Of a DNA stretch of 47,281 nucleotides, positions 44,942 through 47,281 are shown one piece after another. The notes beneath the pieces are model-generated. The model saw only the letters and a list, made by a program, of their open reading frames with translations, had not been told where the DNA came from and searched no databases. The translations under genes and the position numbers were made by a program. The stretch's first letter is position 1. Each line of letters opens with the position of its first letter. The stretch is from Alphaproteobacteria bacterium (GTDB lineage Bacteria; Pseudomonadota; Alphaproteobacteria; CACIAM-22H2), in NCBI GenBank assembly GCA_044359885.1, contig JBIKLI010000001.1, positions 1-47,281 on the forward strand, written 5' to 3'.

Positions 44942-45829
44942 ATGCTCAGCAAGGCCGACATCGAACGCTACAATCGCGACGGCGTCATCGTGGTGCCGAA
45001 CGTGCTTTCCGCCGCGGAGGTCGATGCGCTGCGCCGCGCGACCGACGAGTTCGTCGAAAAGTCGCGGGCCGCGACCGGGCACGACGACATCTACGACCTC
45101 GAGCCGGGCCATACCGCCGCCATGCCGCGCGTGCGCCGCATCAAGACCCCGGACAAATGGCATCCTGCCTACGCGCATTGCGTGCGCCATCCCGGGATCC
45201 TCGCCTGCCTGCAGGCGCTGTGGGGACCGAACATCCGCTTCGACCTGTCGAAGCTGAACCTGAAATCCGCCGGCTTCGGGTCGCCGGTGGAGTGGCATCA
45301 GGACTGGGCGTTCTATCCCCACACCAACGACGACCTGGCCGCGGTCGGCGTCATGATCGACGACATCGACGAGCACAACGGCGCGATGATGGTGATCCCC
45401 GGTTCGCACAAGGGTCCGGTCTACGACCATCACGTCGACGGCCGTTTCTGCGGCGCCATCGATCCGACCCGCGACGGGATCGACTTCTCGAAGGCGGTCT
45501 ACTGCACCGGCAAGGCCGGCTCGATCACGATCCATCATGTGCGCGCCGTCCATGGTTCGGCGCCGAACACCTCGAACCGCTCGCGGCGCTTCTATCTGAT
45601 GCAGTTCCGCACCGCCGACGCCTGGCCGCTGATCCAAAAGCCCGAAAGCTGGGACAGCTGGACCGGCCAGCTTGTCGCGGGCGAGGAAACCCTGACCCCG
45701 CGCATGACCGCCTGCCCGGTCCGGCTGCCCTTCCCGGTCGCTTCGCACCAGGGGTCGATCTACGAGAACCAGCGCGAGCTCAAGCACAAGTATTTCGAGG
45801 AACCGGGCCAGAAGCGCGCCGCGACCTGA
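44942..45829 (+). CDS. Phytanoyl-CoA dioxygenase (PhyH) family Fe(II)/2-oxoglutarate oxygenase
   Basis: 295 aa with GGGAGG upstream of the ATG. The N-terminus is YNRDGVIVVPNVLSAAEVDALR, the facial-triad region is WHQDWAFYP, and the distal His is in HHVRAVHGSAPN. Confidence 0.85.
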   Translation: MLSKADIERYNRDGVIVVPNVLSAAEVDALRRATDEFVEKSRAATGHDDIYDLEPGHTAAMPRVRRIKTPDKWHPAYAHCVRHPGILACLQALWGPNIRFDLSKLNLKSAGFGSPVEWHQDWAFYPHTNDDLAAVGVMIDDIDEHNGAMMVIPGSHKGPVYDHHVDGRFCGAIDPTRDGIDFSKAVYCTGKAGSITIHHVRAVHGSAPNTSNRSRRFYLMQFRTADAWPLIQKPESWDSWTGQLVAGEETLTPRMTACPVRLPFPVASHQGSIYENQRELKHKYFEEPGQKRAAT

Positions 45830-45846
45830 CGCGGCAGGCGACCGGC

Positions 45847-46629
45847 ATGGGCGACGAGCGGATCCTGGTGCGCCGCGACGGCCGGGTCGCGCATGTCGTC
45901 CTCAACCGGCCCGAGAAACTCAACTGCGTCGACGGCGCGATGTGGCGGCGGCTGGCCGGCGTGTTCGGCGAGCTGGACGCCGACGGCGAGCTGCGCTGCA
46001 TCGTGATCTCGGGCGCCGGCTCGAAGGCGTTCTGCGTCGGCGCCGACATCGCCGAGTTCGCCACCGCGCGCGCCGACGCCGTCCAGGCCCGCGCCTACGC
46101 GGCGCAGAGCCATGGCGCGCTCGCGGCGATCCAGCGCTGCCGTCATCCGGTGGTCGCGGCGATCCGGGGGCTGTGCGTGGGCGGCGGGCTGGAGCTCGCC
46201 TGCGCCGCCGATCTCAGGATCTGCGCCGAGGATGCACAGCTCGGGATCCCTGCCAAGCGGCTGGGGCTGGTGGTCGCGACGGCGGAGCTGGCGCCGCTGC
46301 AGCGCCTGGTCGGACCGGCCTACGCCAAGGAGATCCTGCTGACCGGCGACATGTTCGATGCCGCGACGGCTCTGCGCATGGGACTGGTGAACCGGGTCGC
46401 GGCAGCGGACGAATTCGACGCGGCCCTCGCGGGGCTGGTCGCCTCGATCGCCGAAGGCGCGCCGCTTTCGGCGCGCTGGCACAAGCGCTTCGTCGACCGG
46501 CTCGTCGATCCCCGTGCGCTGACCGACGCCGAGCACGACGAAAGCTTCGCCTGCTTCGACACCGAGGATTTCCGCGCCGGCACCGCCGCCTTCCTCGCCC
46601 GCACCCGCCCCGTCTTCCGCGGCCGCTGA
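45847..46629 (+). CDS. Enoyl-CoA hydratase/isomerase family protein
   Basis: VAHVVLNRPEKLNCV, ISGAGSKAFCVGADI, and IRGLCVGGGLELA. Confidence 0.9.
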   Translation: MGDERILVRRDGRVAHVVLNRPEKLNCVDGAMWRRLAGVFGELDADGELRCIVISGAGSKAFCVGADIAEFATARADAVQARAYAAQSHGALAAIQRCRHPVVAAIRGLCVGGGLELACAADLRICAEDAQLGIPAKRLGLVVATAELAPLQRLVGPAYAKEILLTGDMFDAATALRMGLVNRVAAADEFDAALAGLVASIAEGAPLSARWHKRFVDRLVDPRALTDAEHDESFACFDTEDFRAGTAAFLARTRPVFRGR

Positions 46630-46637
46630 CGGCCGGC

Positions 46638-47281
46638 TCAGGCCGGCAGCGACAAGGTCGCGCGCAGACCGCCGCCGGCGCGGTTGGCGAGCACGATGTC
46701 TCCGCCATGGGCGCGGGCGATGTCGCGCGCGACGGCGAGGCCAAGCCCGACGCCCCCCGTATCGCGCGAACGCGACGCCTCCAGCCTGTAGAAGGGCGCG
46801 AAGACCCGCTCCAGCTCGTGCGGCGGCAGGCCCGGTCCGTCGTCGTCGACATGCACCAGGATGCGCGGCGGCCCGGGCAAGACGGCGACCCGCGCGCGGC
46901 CGCCATGGGCGAGCGCGTTGGCGACCAGATTGTCCAGGGCGCGGCGCAGCGCGCCGGGCCTGCCCTCGATCGCGAGCGAGACCGGCCCCTCGAGCGCGAT
47001 GTCCGCGCCGATGTCGGCGCGATCGTCGACCAGGCTCTGCACCAGCGCCGCGAGATCGAAGCGCTCGGCGCGGGCCTCCAGGGCGTCGGCGCGCGCAAAG
47101 GCCAGCGTCTCGGCGATCATGCGCTCCATCTCGTCGATGTCGGCGGCCGCACGCGCGCGCTCGTCCGCGTCGGGGATCTGCTCGGTGCGCAGCCGCAGCC
47201 GGGTCAGCGGCGTGCGCAGGTCGTGGCTGATCGCCGCCAGCATGCGGGTCCGGTCGTCGACGACGCCGCGCAGCCGGCCAT
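46638..47281 (-). CDS. Sensor histidine kinase, C-terminal part (5' end lies outside the window)
   Basis: H-box AISHDLRTPLT, N-box LDNLVANALAHG, G1 box DDGPGLP, and G2 box GGVGLGLAV. The frame stays open upstream of the first ATG to the window edge (...RLRGVVDDRTRMLAAISHD). Confidence 0.85.
   Translation of the reverse strand, partial: GRLRGVVDDRTRMLAAISHDLRTPLTRLRLRTEQIPDADERARAAADIDEMERMIAETLAFARADALEARAERFDLAALVQSLVDDRADIGADIALEGPVSLAIEGRPGALRRALDNLVANALAHGGRARVAVLPGPPRILVHVDDDGPGLPPHELERVFAPFYRLEASRSRDTGGVGLGLAVARDIARAHGGDIVLANRAGGGLRATLSLPA

Overview
This is a gene-dense chromosomal segment with very high GC (about 70% by eye) and an alphaproteobacterial character. That assignment rests on the uvrC-pgsA arrangement, a COQ7-type ubiquinone hydroxylase, an EcfG-type promoter motif and Tat-signal ABC binding proteins. 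I support 46 protein-coding genes (two truncated by the window edges), one tRNA-Ala(CGC) and a few sequence-level regulatory candidates. Housekeeping genes (pgsA, uvrC, folB, nudC, coq7, gluQ, rmuC, yggT, folD) are interleaved with accessory metabolic and transport clusters: three glycosyltransferases, two incomplete ABC importers, two MFS transporters, a CoA-transferase/enoyl-CoA hydratase cluster, and a LacI-centred sugar-acid-type cluster. I saw no rRNA, CRISPR array, integrase, transposase, phage gene, reverse transcriptase or recognisable defence/toxin-antitoxin module, so I cannot honestly name a clear novel system. The items most worth a second look are: (1) a 791-codon ORF fusing a GT-B glycosyltransferase to a WalW/CE4-like deacetylase domain; (2) a 66-aa orphan gene behind a textbook GGAAC-N16-CGTT general-stress promoter whose 3' end overlaps a convergent HNH endonuclease gene; (3) a 41% GC intergenic island upstream of uvrC with a perfect DnaA box inside an inverted repeat, a second palindrome and a plus-strand terminator-like hairpin (candidate sRNA); (4) a translationally coupled YqaA-DsbB-COQ7 trio. 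Most long ORFs in the six-frame track are antisense or out-of-frame artefacts of the GC content. All family calls come from motif recognition by eye and need HMM or BLAST confirmation.
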